A stretch of 64,000 nucleotides of DNA, taken from contig OZ244651.1 in NCBI GenBank assembly GCA_965218695.1, positions 896,001 to 960,000 on the forward strand, read 5' to 3'. Numbering within the stretch: position 1 is the first letter of the stretch; the number at the start of each line of letters is the position of its first letter. The translations under genes were made by a program, and so were the position numbers. Below, piece after piece: positions 23,310 through 33,703 of this stretch. The stretch comes from Nitrosopumilus sp. Lineage in GTDB: Archaea; Thermoproteota; Nitrososphaeria; Nitrososphaerales; Nitrosopumilaceae. The notes below the pieces were generated by a model. It did no database searches. It had not been told where the DNA came from and saw only the letters and a list, made by a program, of their open reading frames with translations.

Positions 23310-24284
23310 ATGGGTGCGGAGTTCATAACGGCCTGCCAAGACAAGGTGATGACCTCCGGGGCAGGAATATCTGCAGAGGAGGCAAGGATGCTGTTTTATG
23401 TTCCCGACGTGCAGCTGCGGGATCTTGCGCGCGCAGCCGATGCCGTCACCAGGAGGTTTAACGGAGACATGGTGGATGTGGAGCAGCTCAACAACATCAA
23501 AAAGAATGCATGCAGCGAGGACTGCTCGTTCTGCGGACAGTCTGCCCTTTATGATACCGGGATTGAATCATACCAGCTTCCCGAACCGCAGGATATACTT
23601 GACAGGGCCAAAAGGGCCCACGAACAGGGCGCATCATCATACTGCCTGGTGGCTGCGTGGAGGAGGCCGTCCCCGGCAGACTTTGAGAAGGTGTGCCGGA
23701 TAATCGAGGCCATTCGCAGCATTCCAATCGGCATAGAGTGCAGCCTTGGATTCCTGAGTGCGGATCAGGCAGAGAGGCTCAAGGAGCTTGGCGTGAGGCG
23801 GTACAACCACAACTTGGAGACTGCACGATCAAAGTTTCATGACATCTGTACAACCCACACGTACGACGACCGGCTTGATACCCTGCATACTGCCCGCAGG
23901 GCCGGCCTGGAACTGTGCACCGGCGGAATAATCGGCCTTGGGGAGAGCAGAGGGCAGAGGCTGGAGCTTGCGCTGGAGCTGGCAGGACTGCATCCAGAAG
24001 AGGTTACGATAAACATACTGGTGCCCGTGCCGGGAACGCCGCTTGAGCTGCAGACGGCACTCCCAAACCACGAGATAGTCCGAATGTTCTCAGTCGTCAG
24101 GTTTCTGCTGCCAGAATCGATAATCAAGATATCCGGTGGGCGGGAGATACATCTTGCAGACTCCGGCGAGGAGCTGCTGCAGAGCGGAGCCAACGGCATC
24201 ATAACCGAAGGATACCTGACCATGGACGGGAATGATGCCGGGAGAGACTCTGGGATGATCAAAAGAATTGGACTCAAGGCATAA
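23310..24284 (+). CDS. bioB: Biotin synthase
   Basis: CSEDCSFCGQS radical-SAM motif, YNHNLET, GGIIGLGE. Confidence 0.96.
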   Translation: MGAEFITACQDKVMTSGAGISAEEARMLFYVPDVQLRDLARAADAVTRRFNGDMVDVEQLNNIKKNACSEDCSFCGQSALYDTGIESYQLPEPQDILDRAKRAHEQGASSYCLVAAWRRPSPADFEKVCRIIEAIRSIPIGIECSLGFLSADQAERLKELGVRRYNHNLETARSKFHDICTTHTYDDRLDTLHTARRAGLELCTGGIIGLGESRGQRLELALELAGLHPEEVTINILVPVPGTPLELQTALPNHEIVRMFSVVRFLLPESIIKISGGREIHLADSGEELLQSGANGIITEGYLTMDGNDAGRDSGMIKRIGLKA

Positions 24285-25404
24285 TAGCCTGGATTTTGCC
24301 GATGCCAGGCTGCATCGCATACGGGAGGACGGACTGTACCGGATACTCAAGCCCGGGTCGGTGCAGGGCCAGCACATCACGATCGACGGCGAGAGACTCA
24401 TCAACCTGTGCTCGAATGACTACCTTGGAATTCCCGCAACGCCTGTCAGAACCGGACAGTCCCAGTCCAGCTCCCGGCTGGTATCGGGAAACGATCCCGT
24501 CTATGCCCAGCTGGAAGAGGCGCTTGCAAGGCACAAGTCGCAGCAGGGCAGCCTGGTATACCCGACCGGATACATGGCAAACACGGGGGTAATGCCTGCA
24601 GTGGCGCAAAAGGGGGACCTGATTCTCAGTGACGAGCTGAACCATGCAAGCATAATAGAATCGTGCAGGCTGTCCGGCGCCCGGGTCTCCGTGTACAGAC
24701 ACAATGACATGGACGATCTTGAGGAGAAGCTTGAGGAGGGCGCCGCAGGGAACAGGTTCATCGTCACCGAGGGCATATTCAGCATGGACGGGGACTATCC
24801 TGCCATGCGGGAGATTGTGGATCTTGCAGGCAGGACCGGTGCCGTAACGGTACTTGACGATGCCCATGGGGACTTTGTGGCAGGCAGCGACGGCAGGGGC
24901 GTGCCCGACCTGTTCGGGGTTGCAGGCAAGGTGGACATCTACATCAGCAGTCTGAGCAAGGCACTGGGCTCGTTTGGGGGATACGTGGCCTCTGACGAGA
25001 GGATAATCCAACTGTGCATAAACCGATCAAGGCCGTTCATCTACACGTCTGCACTGCCGGCGTTTCTGGTAGAGCATTCCCTGGGACGATTCCTCTCTGA
25101 CCGGGAGGCCCGAAGGCAGGTGCTTGCGCGCAACACCAGACAGATGGCCGACGGGCTGAAAAGAATCGGCTATGACGTAACATCGCAGACCCACATCATT
25201 CCGGTCGTGGTTGGCAGGGAACGCGATGCGCTGGAGATGGGCGAGTTTCTTCGCAAGAGGGGCGTCTTTGTGCAACCCATCCGGTACCCGACGGTTCCAA
25301 AAGACCAAGCAAGGCTGAGGGTATCGGTTACGGCATGGCTTACAGATACCGACATTGAAGAGTCGCTTGGCGCCTTTGAGAGTGCCCGTGGGCGGTTCTG
25401 CTGA
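24268..25404 (+). CDS. bioF: 8-amino-7-oxononanoate synthase
   Basis: SNDYLG, DELNHAS, FSMDGD, DDAHG, SLSKALG, IRYPTVP. Confidence 0.93.
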   Translation: MDSRHNSLDFADARLHRIREDGLYRILKPGSVQGQHITIDGERLINLCSNDYLGIPATPVRTGQSQSSSRLVSGNDPVYAQLEEALARHKSQQGSLVYPTGYMANTGVMPAVAQKGDLILSDELNHASIIESCRLSGARVSVYRHNDMDDLEEKLEEGAAGNRFIVTEGIFSMDGDYPAMREIVDLAGRTGAVTVLDDAHGDFVAGSDGRGVPDLFGVAGKVDIYISSLSKALGSFGGYVASDERIIQLCINRSRPFIYTSALPAFLVEHSLGRFLSDREARRQVLARNTRQMADGLKRIGYDVTSQTHIIPVVVGRERDALEMGEFLRKRGVFVQPIRYPTVPKDQARLRVSVTAWLTDTDIEESLGAFESARGRFC

Positions 25405-25509
25405 TCAGCGTGCAGCATCAAAGCCGCCTATCGCAGGTGAGCCGACGATTACTGCAATCGTGACGATTATTCCCAATGCTATACCCACTATCACAAGGCG
25501 ATTGTTCAT
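25405..25509 (-). CDS. Tiny single-TM protein (34 aa)
   Basis: MNNRLVIVGIALGIIVTIAVIVGSPAIGGFDAAR; AT-rich TATA-like stretch upstream. Confidence 0.5.
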   Translation of the reverse strand: MNNRLVIVGIALGIIVTIAVIVGSPAIGGFDAAR

Positions 25510-25619
25510 GGGGTATGATGAATGTGCCTCAGTTAAAAAGATACCCAGAATTTGGCGCCCAAGGCTGTCCGGTGCGCAGTCAGTCGCCAAGCGCACCCGC
25601 CGAACTAGCGCTTCGGGAT

Positions 25620-26711
25620 TTATGTCACAATCTTGTCAAGGCTGTCCTCGTTCAGGGCCCGCCTGATCTCCATGGCAATCCTTCTGCCTATGCCAAACGT
25701 TGTCCCGTACTGGTATTTCGTGTACGGGCTGGTTGTGGCGACTATCGGGTTTCCAGGAACCCGCAGGGAGACGTCATACACCACCAGCTCAAGATCCTTG
25801 GTGATGACGCTCTGGAGCGAGAACGGCCCTATGATTCCCGGGGAATACTCTTTTTTTACGGCATCGACGAACTTGTCGCCCATTTTCAGTACCTTCTCAA
25901 GCAGGGACTCCCTGATGCTTGCAGGGGTGTGCCCGACCTCGATGTTCTGCGGGTTAATTTCAATCTGCATCTGCTGGTTTGCAGTAAGGGCGTTGTAGTC
26001 GTGGATGTCAGTCTGCAGCCTCCTTTCAATCCCTATGAAATCCACCTGGTCTGATATCGGGGTGTGGAAGAAGTTAAAGTTCATGTACGTTCCGATGGCA
26101 AGCTCCTCGATGCTTGCCGTTGCCAGATCCTTCTCAGATATCACACCCTTCCGGATTCTGTCGTGCACCTTTTCTCTGTAATCCCCATATCCTGCTGCAG
26201 TGAAAAAGGCCCTCTCAAGGGGCCTGTCCTTCTCCTGCACCTTCACTATGCACGGCCCATCTATCTCCTCCGGGCCGGTAAACACCTTGGGGTATCGGAT
26301 GCCTGCCTTTTCAAGCAGATAGTACTGTCCCTTTTCTGCCGTCCTCTCCTCTGCCTGGAACAGCCGCCTGTTTCCAAATATTGGCACCCTGAAATCGTCC
26401 TCTATGGTCTTGTATCCAAGGTATGCTGTAAGGGAGCGGTGCGGGACGATGATCGTTCCTGACTTCCTCATCCTCTCCTGGTTTTTGTCCGATGCCATGT
26501 CTCTGAATTTGTCCAGCACTACGATCTCGTCTGCAATCCTTGAAAATCTCTGGTACGGCAGCTCCCTTCCCTTCTGGCAAAAGACCACAGTCGACAGTCC
26601 CTCGTCTTTTGCCCCGTCCATGATCTCAAGTGCCGAATGGCTGCCCAGAACACCTACCCTCACATCCGAGTAGCCCTCCACAACACTCCTCACATCAGAG
26701 TCCTCGATCAT
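25620..26711 (-). CDS. purP: PurP-family FAICAR synthetase (formate-dependent, ATP-grasp)
   Basis: GSHSALEI..GAKDEG, GHTPASIRESLL, PGIIGPFSLQ, GRRIAMEI. Confidence 0.92.
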   Translation of the reverse strand: MIEDSDVRSVVEGYSDVRVGVLGSHSALEIMDGAKDEGLSTVVFCQKGRELPYQRFSRIADEIVVLDKFRDMASDKNQERMRKSGTIIVPHRSLTAYLGYKTIEDDFRVPIFGNRRLFQAEERTAEKGQYYLLEKAGIRYPKVFTGPEEIDGPCIVKVQEKDRPLERAFFTAAGYGDYREKVHDRIRKGVISEKDLATASIEELAIGTYMNFNFFHTPISDQVDFIGIERRLQTDIHDYNALTANQQMQIEINPQNIEVGHTPASIRESLLEKVLKMGDKFVDAVKKEYSPGIIGPFSLQSVITKDLELVVYDVSLRVPGNPIVATTSPYTKYQYGTTFGIGRRIAMEIRRALNEDSLDKIVT

Positions 26712-26997
26712 GTTTCATCTTGAATGTAAGGACGTAATATAACTAGCCTTTGGGCATTCCTGTCTCTTATGATACCACAAGACTTTTCCCATCTGCGATC
26801 ATACATGATCCGTGCTGTACCATTTTGAGCTGCAGATGGCGGGGGTGATCCTGTTGACTGCCATGGCCGCAGGCGGGATATCGCTGTGGATCAAGCGCAG
26901 AAGGCACAGGGAGCCTGAGGAGGAGGAACAGGATGTCTCCGGCACTGGCTCTGATGTGATCTAAGAGATAAAATAGCTCAGCGGTATACTAGTATCA

Positions 26998-27558
26998 TTG
27001 AAACTTGTTATAGGGATGACCGGGAGCACAGGCGCAGTCTATGGGGTGAGGATGCTTGAGGTGCTCAGGAAAGCCGGCATTGAGACACACCTGATAATCT
27101 CCAAGTGGGCCAGAACCTGCATAGGGATGGAGACCAAATACACAATCGACTACGTCAAGTCCCTGGCAACGGACGTATCTGACGAGACAAACATGGCATC
27201 CGGGGTGTCCAGCGGAACATACCGGACAGACGGAATGATAGTGGCCCCGTGCAGCATGAAGACACTGGCTGCCATCGCAGGCGGATACGACGACACCCTG
27301 ATTGCAAGGGCCGCAGGCGTCACGATAAAAGAGTCCAGAAAACTGGTACTCATGGCACGGGAGACCCCGCTGTCTGCCATCCACCTGGAGAACATGCTAA
27401 AGCTTGCAAGGCTGGGCATAGTGATACTGCCACCGGTAACCGAATTCTATACCAAGCCAAAGTCGGTGGACGACATCATAAACCACGGCGTTGGAAAATG
27501 CCTGGATCAGTTTGGAATAGATCACGGCCTGTACACCCGGTGGGGCACCAGTGATTGA
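26998..27558 (+). CDS. ubiX: Flavin prenyltransferase
   Basis: GMTGSTG, PCSMKTL, KESRKLVL..RETPL, HLENM. Confidence 0.95.
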   Translation: MKLVIGMTGSTGAVYGVRMLEVLRKAGIETHLIISKWARTCIGMETKYTIDYVKSLATDVSDETNMASGVSSGTYRTDGMIVAPCSMKTLAAIAGGYDDTLIARAAGVTIKESRKLVLMARETPLSAIHLENMLKLARLGIVILPPVTEFYTKPKSVDDIINHGVGKCLDQFGIDHGLYTRWGTSD

Positions 27559-27562
27559 TCCG

Positions 27563-27728
27563 CTCAGGGAATATCCCAATGCCTTCAAGGAGATTCCCCC
27601 TGAGTCTTGGTGACGTGCCTGCGTCTGCCTGAGAATTCCAAGGCCCACACGCAGCCTGATGCCCTCAGTCACGCCACCATGGCGTTGGCGAGCCGGGCTG
27701 TCCCCTCACGAGGCATTGGCAAACCCGT
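27563..27728. ncRNA. Candidate structured RNA between convergent ubiX and VOC genes
   Basis: Nested stems CCAATGCCT/AGGCATTGG, GTGAC/GTCAC, CTGCGT/ACGCAG, ACGCCA/TGGCGT, CTCAGGG/CCCTGAG. Confidence 0.45.
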
Positions 27729-27752
27729 TTTTGGCGCTTGAGAAACCACGGA

Positions 27753-28157
27753 CTATTCCTTGGAATCCCCGACCAGCCAGATGGTGTTTCTGTCCTGATC
27801 ATGGATGCGGCTCATCATTCCGCCCCAGACCTGCTTTTCAGGTTTGGTGATATCAACCTGCCTTGATCTTAGTTCCCGGTATGTCGCCTCGATGTCCATG
27901 GTGTAAAACCAGATTCCGGTGGGTGCCCCGACTCTTGCCCTTGCCCGCTCAATCTGTTCTGGGGCGCAGTCTTTCAACTGGGCGGGGTCTGCCAGGCTGA
28001 TCACCGTCTCTGATCCCTTTGGACCCACTACAACCCACCTGTATCCTGCCACGTCCGTATCCACCTTTTTTTCAAGCCCGAGCCTCTGTGTGTAAAACTC
28101 CACTGCCCTTTGCTGGTCTGAAACCATGACTGTCATGCCCTCTATCCCGTCGATCAT
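27753..28157 (-). CDS. VOC/glyoxalase-family protein
   Basis: VMVSDQQRAVEFY..LG, DIEATYRELRSRQV, WGG..IHDQDRN. Confidence 0.88.
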   Translation of the reverse strand: MIDGIEGMTVMVSDQQRAVEFYTQRLGLEKKVDTDVAGYRWVVVGPKGSETVISLADPAQLKDCAPEQIERARARVGAPTGIWFYTMDIEATYRELRSRQVDITKPEKQVWGGMMSRIHDQDRNTIWLVGDSKE

Positions 28158-28352
28158 TCCACCGGGTCTGTCTTCTGCAGATATAAAAAATTTCAAGCCG
28201 GCAGCGTAAAGGAACGTCCGGCGGACACTGTGTCGTGTACGGGAGGAGCCTGACTCCTCGCGGGGAGATTCCTTCGGGTGCCGGCCGTACTCCTGCCGGC
28301 CAGTACCTCGGACAATCATGGTTTATACCCGAGGCAGGCGCACCACACATGA

Positions 28353-28787
28353 TTGCCAAGGTTCACACTGAAGAAGACGGTTCATGCACAACGGCAAAAG
28401 ACATACGACATGATGTCCGGTTTTGGATCCTACCCCCAGACGATCCCTCAGCACTTTCCGTCAGTCCGGGTCCGTTCCGTCCGGGGGGAGGTGGCAGTAG
28501 TAGAGGAGCACGTGAACCTTGGCGGGAGGCGCCTTGTCATCATGGCAAGGCACGTGTCCCGGCCCCCGTCTGCGCACGACCTGTTTGTAATCGGGGGCAG
28601 CCTCAAGGGGACAAGCATCATGCAGAGGTTTGAGGCGGCAGGAGACGACACCCTGGTCGTGACTGATGTGAACCTGCGGCTGGGTCTGGCCATGGGGATA
28701 AGCTCCGCACTTGACCGTGGCAGATACAAGCGCGACTATGGCGCCATTCTAGATGATCTTGCTGCTGCTGCAGAAGAATCGGGATGA
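28353..28787 (+). CDS. SRPBCC/polyketide-cyclase-like protein
   Basis: START-like pattern (YDMMSGFGSYPQTIPQHFPSVRVRS); TATA-like TTTATA upstream. Confidence 0.7.
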   Translation: MPRFTLKKTVHAQRQKTYDMMSGFGSYPQTIPQHFPSVRVRSVRGEVAVVEEHVNLGGRRLVIMARHVSRPPSAHDLFVIGGSLKGTSIMQRFEAAGDDTLVVTDVNLRLGLAMGISSALDRGRYKRDYGAILDDLAAAAEESG

Positions 28788-28793
28788 TGATGA

Positions 28794-28991
28794 TTATGAC
28801 GACTTGTCCTTGAAATCCTTGAGTTCCTTTTCGCCCTCTATCTTGCCCTTTTCAAACTCGCCCTTGGCCTTGCCAAACGTCTTTGCAAGCTCCGGTATCT
28901 TCTTTGCCCCAAAGATCAGCACGACTGCGATGACTATTATGAATATCCATTCCTGTCCTGCGATAAAACCGGCCAAAACGGATCCGAACAT
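28794..28991 (-). CDS. tatA: Twin-arginine translocase TatA
   Basis: IFGAKKIPELAKTFGKAKGEF. Confidence 0.93.
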   Translation of the reverse strand: MFGSVLAGFIAGQEWIFIIVIAVVLIFGAKKIPELAKTFGKAKGEFEKGKIEGEKELKDFKDKSS

Positions 28992-29005
28992 GGTACAGTG
29001 TTGAC

Positions 29006-29806
29006 TCAGATTGAATTTAAGTGTTCAACTTTTTCCTTGCGTTCTATGATGAACATGCCTGTAAGGTACAGGGCGATCATCGGGCCTGCGATAAACCACA
29101 TGGTGACTCCGCTCCCGTCAGGCGTTACCGCCGCCCCGAATATCACTATGGCCACTATGGCATACCTTATGTTCTTCCTCCAAAAGCCGGTATCCGCGGC
29201 CCCCGATACTGAGGCAGCATACATTACCAGCGGCAGCTGGAACGAGAGCCCGAATGCCAGAAGAAACTGCAGGACGAAGGAGACAAAGTCGATCACGTTT
29301 AGGAACGTCACGAGCCCGGAGGACTCACCATACCTGTACAGGAACTCCAGTATGTATGGGACCACCAAGACGTATGCAAACACGCATCCCGTGGCAAACA
29401 GCCCCACTGCCGGAACCATGATGGTCCTGCTTACGTTTATCTCCCTCTCTTTGAGGGCCGGCCTGATGAATCCGACCATGTTCCACACTATCACCGGCAT
29501 TCCGGCCACGATCCCCACAAGGGCCGCAATGTATACCTGCGCAAAGAATGCCTGTCCCGGCGACGTCTGAATCAGATCCACATCCTCGGGCACCAGGTTG
29601 TCCCTCATGTGGTTTGTTATCTGCGCTGCGATGTTGTCAAGCGGTTCCGGGGTGGGATAGTACAGGACGACCTCTCCTGCCACCTGGACAGGCTCCAAAT
29701 GGAACGTCAGCATAAACACCGTAATGACACCAATCACTATGACAATCTTCAGTACCCTCTTTCTCAGCTCGTCAAGATGCTGACCGAACTCCTTCAGTTC
29801 AGACAT
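29006..29806 (-). CDS. tatC: Twin-arginine translocase TatC
   Basis: HLDELRKR, FIRPAL, FQLP, AVTPD. Confidence 0.95.
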   Translation of the reverse strand: MSELKEFGQHLDELRKRVLKIVIVIGVITVFMLTFHLEPVQVAGEVVLYYPTPEPLDNIAAQITNHMRDNLVPEDVDLIQTSPGQAFFAQVYIAALVGIVAGMPVIVWNMVGFIRPALKEREINVSRTIMVPAVGLFATGCVFAYVLVVPYILEFLYRYGESSGLVTFLNVIDFVSFVLQFLLAFGLSFQLPLVMYAASVSGAADTGFWRKNIRYAIVAIVIFGAAVTPDGSGVTMWFIAGPMIALYLTGMFIIERKEKVEHLNSI

Positions 29807-30063
29807 TGCATCATTTGCATGTTCAGGGTATATCAGAGTTTATGCGTAGTACTGGACATAATGTTTCGCTCATTTTCCCGTCTAGGCTGTAGCTGCTGCC
29901 AATCTTAGAATTATACAGTAGATCTTATGTGCAACCTCCAAATTTTTAGAAAACGTGATTTTGCAGTTTTAGTAAAATCTGGAGTTTTACACGATAGGTC
30001 AACTCAACAGAAATTATACGTGATCAAGCCGTTTGCATATCCTTTTAAGGTAAAATACGGTAT

Positions 30064-31243
30064 ATGTACAGTATGACCACTCGCCACGTACTGTCCGTCT
30101 GGCAGCCGCACGCACTCGGCGCGGAATTCAGATACATGTTTGCCGAGTTCCGTTCAATCGTAAACGAGGCGGTACGGCTTGGCCGCAAGATGGATCTGCG
30201 CACGCGCAAGGAGTTCCAGAATGCACTGTACCGCACGCTGAAGGGCGACAGGACGTACGGGAAATACGTCCAGCACGCGGATGGGTTTTGCCATCAGGCT
30301 CCTCAAGCAGTACCGCACACTGCTAAAACAGAATCCAAAGACGCGCCTCCCGCGTCTGAGAAAAGATGTGCTGGAGCTTGACGGTCAGTTTTATACCATC
30401 AGCAACGGCGTGATCCGCATACCGTTGTGCCTCGGCGAATACCTATACATCCCGCTGCAGAAATACGTATTGGAACGGCTCGACGGCATGAAGCCGGGGG
30501 GCGTGCGGATCACATCAGACAGGCTGACAATCTCTTATGCCCAGAATGTGGAGAAGGTGATGCCAGACGACTGGGCGGGAGTGGATTTCAACGAGAGAAA
30601 CGCAACCATACACGACACGCGCGACAACACGACTGTGATTTCGCTGGGAAGGATCCCAGACACGCAGACCAAGTGCCGCGGCAAGGTGGCAAACTTTAAG
30701 CGCAACGACGTCCGCAAGCGGAAAAAGATTGCAGCCAAATACGGCAAGAAGGAGCGAGACCTCACAAACGACATGCTGCACAAGGCTGCCAAGTTTCTGA
30801 TATTATCCGGATTCGGCATTGTCTTGGAAGACCTCATGGGTATTCGGGAACAGCACCGGTGCGGGAGCAAAATGGGAAAGGGTTTGCGTGGACGGATCAA
30901 CGCTTGGCCGTTTTATAGGCTGAGAAATTTCATAGAGTACAAGGCACGTGAGGCAGGACTCCCCGTTGTTTTTGTGCCGGCACGCGGCACAAGCTCGCTT
31001 TGTGCGGAATGCGGGGGAAAGGTACGCCTCAAGCGCAACCGCATGGTACACTGCAGGACGTGTGACACACTCGCAGACAGGGATGAAAACGCGAGTAAGA
31101 ACATACTCTTTCGTGGCCCCGGGACCCGGGCCAGACTGGGCGCATGTGAAGCGATGATGGAAGAATCCCCTGGCGGGGCGGTACGACTAGTCGATGTTTG
31201 CTCAATGCAGAAAGGTGCGTGTCTGCGCACCGATTACGCATAA
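30064..31243 (+). pseudogene. tnpB: Second solo TnpB, frameshifted by one extra base at ~30280
   Basis: 30064 frame aligns to the TnpB N-terminus up to VQHA; CAC GCG G ATG then continues MGFAIRLL; RuvC GVDFN / LEDL / DRDENA intact. Confidence 0.88.
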
Positions 31244-31250
31244 GGTCTAT

Positions 31251-31715
31251 CTATTTGCTGGGTATTGGAAGCAGTTTTGCCTCCGGCAGCCCCGCATCCT
31301 TTAACTGCTTTGCGGTAAGGTTCTCAAACTCCAGGGATATCACGGCTTTTGCATTAAACCTGTCCTCCAACTCCCTTGCAAGGCCCGCTATGTCCCTGCC
31401 AGAATAGATCTCCTCTGATCCCTTGAGGATCATCCTCTCTCCCTTTTCAATCTCCTTTCCCCCGAACTTGTCCTTGAGGAACCCCGTGATTGCGGGAATC
31501 TCCTTTCTGCTGATGTTGTTGTAAAAGTAGGATATTCCCCTTATGGACTCGTAGTCGTACGGGGTGCCGTTCCTGTACATGAAGACCCCGATGAACCTCG
31601 CCTCGCTTTCAGGTTCCCTGACGCATTTTATCTCCCAGTTGAGAAGGTACTGGTGGTCGTATGAATAATCGCCCATCTCGTCTGGTGTGATCTTCCAGTA
31701 CCTTGATCTTGCCAT
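31251..31715 (-). CDS. Conserved hypothetical protein
   Basis: Protein-like ORF MARSRYWKITP..., TATA-like upstream. Confidence 0.7.
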   Translation of the reverse strand: MARSRYWKITPDEMGDYSYDHQYLLNWEIKCVREPESEARFIGVFMYRNGTPYDYESIRGISYFYNNISRKEIPAITGFLKDKFGGKEIEKGERMILKGSEEIYSGRDIAGLARELEDRFNAKAVISLEFENLTAKQLKDAGLPEAKLLPIPSK

Positions 31716-31887
31716 CACGTGTGCATGGAATGTGCTGGTATAAATTCCCAATGGAGCTGGCTGGCTGGCCGGCACGGCGCATGCTAATAATCGTAAACAT
31801 GCTATCGGCACCGGCATCTGCGCCCCTCCCCGTCCAGAATCCGGGCGTGCATCCGACCTTGGTGCACAGGATCCGTACCCTCAGCCA

Positions 31888-32157
31888 TCATCTTGCTGCA
31901 AGCTTTTTTTGTACCTGCGTTATCTCAATCTCGACAGTCTCCAGCGGATCCTCTGACTTGTTTCTCTTTATCGAGAACATCTTTGGCTTTTCAAAGTCGT
32001 CTGTACAATCCGGACACGCATACACCAACACCCTGTACTCGTTTGGCGCCTTGGGGTTTGAGAGTCTTGGATAGTACACCAGCCTTGCGCCGCAGTCCAC
32101 GCAGTACCTGTTGGCCCTCCTGATCCTGACCACTATATCCACCCCTGCATTACCCAC
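31888..32157 (-). CDS. Small zinc-ribbon protein
   Basis: CVDCG...CPDC. Confidence 0.7.
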   Translation of the reverse strand: MGNAGVDIVVRIRRANRYCVDCGARLVYYPRLSNPKAPNEYRVLVYACPDCTDDFEKPKMFSIKRNKSEDPLETVEIEITQVQKKLAAR

Positions 32158-32269
32158 TGTCTGTAATCCGGTATTAGGCGCATCATGTTAAAGAGAATAG
32201 ACCAAATGGTTTTCAGATGTGCTGATTCTCCGAATACGCCGTCAGGAGTGGCTACTGCTACTACTACTA

Positions 32270-33703
32270 CTACCCCTTCATCTCTACGCGGCTTTTGAAC
32301 TTGGGGGTTATTCCCAGGGAGGTGTAGTCCCCGGAATGGCACGTAAAGCACATCGAGTCCCTTGAAATGCCGACTGCGGCTGCAAGGTTCTCTGCGTCGT
32401 TGTATCCCAAAAAGTCAGCACCTATGTTCTGCCTGACCATCTCTATCTTCTCCTCAACACTCATCTCCCGGTCAGAGAATGTTGCCAGCTCGTTCTGGGA
32501 CGGAAAGTCGATTCCTGCATAGCATGGAAACTGTATGGGAGGGTACGTTATCATCATGCTGATCTTTTTTGCCCCTGCCCTTCTGAGCGCCTTGATTATT
32601 GCCCGGGAACTCGTCCCCCTGACCAGACTGTCGTCAACCACCACGACATGCTGGCCTTCTATTATATCCTGGATTGGAATTATCCATCTGTTTATCTCCA
32701 CCCTGTCGCTCTGGTGCGGCTCGATGAAGCTGCGCAGGGGTCCCTTCTTGCTGTACCTGTCCTTTAGCAGGCCCTCGTCAAACGGCACTCCCAGTTCCTG
32801 CGCATATCCCAGGGCTGCGGGTCTTGCAGAATCCGGAACCGGTATTACCAGATCCGCATCCCGCACCGGAAACTTTCTTGCAAGAAACCTGCCGATGTTC
32901 TTGCGGGTGACATAGATGTTGACGCCCTCCATCCTGCTTGAAGGATGTGCAAAGTAGGTAAACTCAAAGGAGCAGTGCGCCCGAGCGGTATTCCTTGAGA
33001 ACATCTCGGATTTCAGTCCGTCCCTGTTGATCCTTATCATCTCGCCTGGCACGACGTTGCGCTCCATCTTGGCACCAACGGCAGAGATTGCAGAGGATTC
33101 GGATGCCACAATGTACGTGTCATCTGCAGCCTTGTGTCCTAGCACCATTGGACGGAATCCCATGGGGTCGCGGGCCGCATAGACTGATTCGTCGTCTGAG
33201 ATGAATGTAAAGCAGTATGATCCCTTCATCTCGTTTTTCAATACTGACATGGCGCTTCCCATATCGCCCTTCTCGGATATCAGCGAGACCAGTCGCTGCG
33301 CTGCGACAAGCGTGTCGCTTGCATTCTGGGGGGTAAACGAGCACCCGCCAACCAGGTTTGACATCTCCTGGGCGTTTGCGATTGTTCCGTTGTGGGCCAC
33401 ACATAGATCCTTTACCTTCAGCGGCTGTGCATTCTCAAGGGAACTTCTCCCCATGGTGGAGTACCGCACATGGCCAATAACTGCATGCGATGCATAATTC
33501 CTTGCGATGGACTTGAGTTCTGATGCCGCTGCCGAGACCAGCCCGATCTTCTTGAACGGCGGCTTGTTGGGCACTGCAATCCCCCATGCCTCCTGCCCCC
33601 TGTGCTGGAGTGCCCTGAGGGCGTCGATTGCCATTGGGACGACGTTTGTCCCGCTGGCAGAGTAGATCCCGACAACACCGCAGTTCTCCTTTGGCTTATC
33701 CAT
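32270..33703 (-). CDS. purF: Amidophosphoribosyltransferase
   Basis: ENCGVVG propeptide Cys, LQHRGQE, GHVRYST, VDDSLVRGT. Confidence 0.97.
   Translation of the reverse strand: MDKPKENCGVVGIYSASGTNVVPMAIDALRALQHRGQEAWGIAVPNKPPFKKIGLVSAAASELKSIARNYASHAVIGHVRYSTMGRSSLENAQPLKVKDLCVAHNGTIANAQEMSNLVGGCSFTPQNASDTLVAAQRLVSLISEKGDMGSAMSVLKNEMKGSYCFTFISDDESVYAARDPMGFRPMVLGHKAADDTYIVASESSAISAVGAKMERNVVPGEMIRINRDGLKSEMFSRNTARAHCSFEFTYFAHPSSRMEGVNIYVTRKNIGRFLARKFPVRDADLVIPVPDSARPAALGYAQELGVPFDEGLLKDRYSKKGPLRSFIEPHQSDRVEINRWIIPIQDIIEGQHVVVVDDSLVRGTSSRAIIKALRRAGAKKISMMITYPPIQFPCYAGIDFPSQNELATFSDREMSVEEKIEMVRQNIGADFLGYNDAENLAAAVGISRDSMCFTCHSGDYTSLGITPKFKSRVEMKG

Noticed and set aside
21944-31243. Cas12f / CRISPR system
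   Set aside because: No repeat-spacer array or cas genes seen in the window; both proteins have TnpB-type 3' RNA tails
32250-32272. Tandem TAG stops after purF (also GAT repeats at 28783 and poly-Asp in bioD)
   Set aside because: Short trinucleotide microsatellites with no evidence of function
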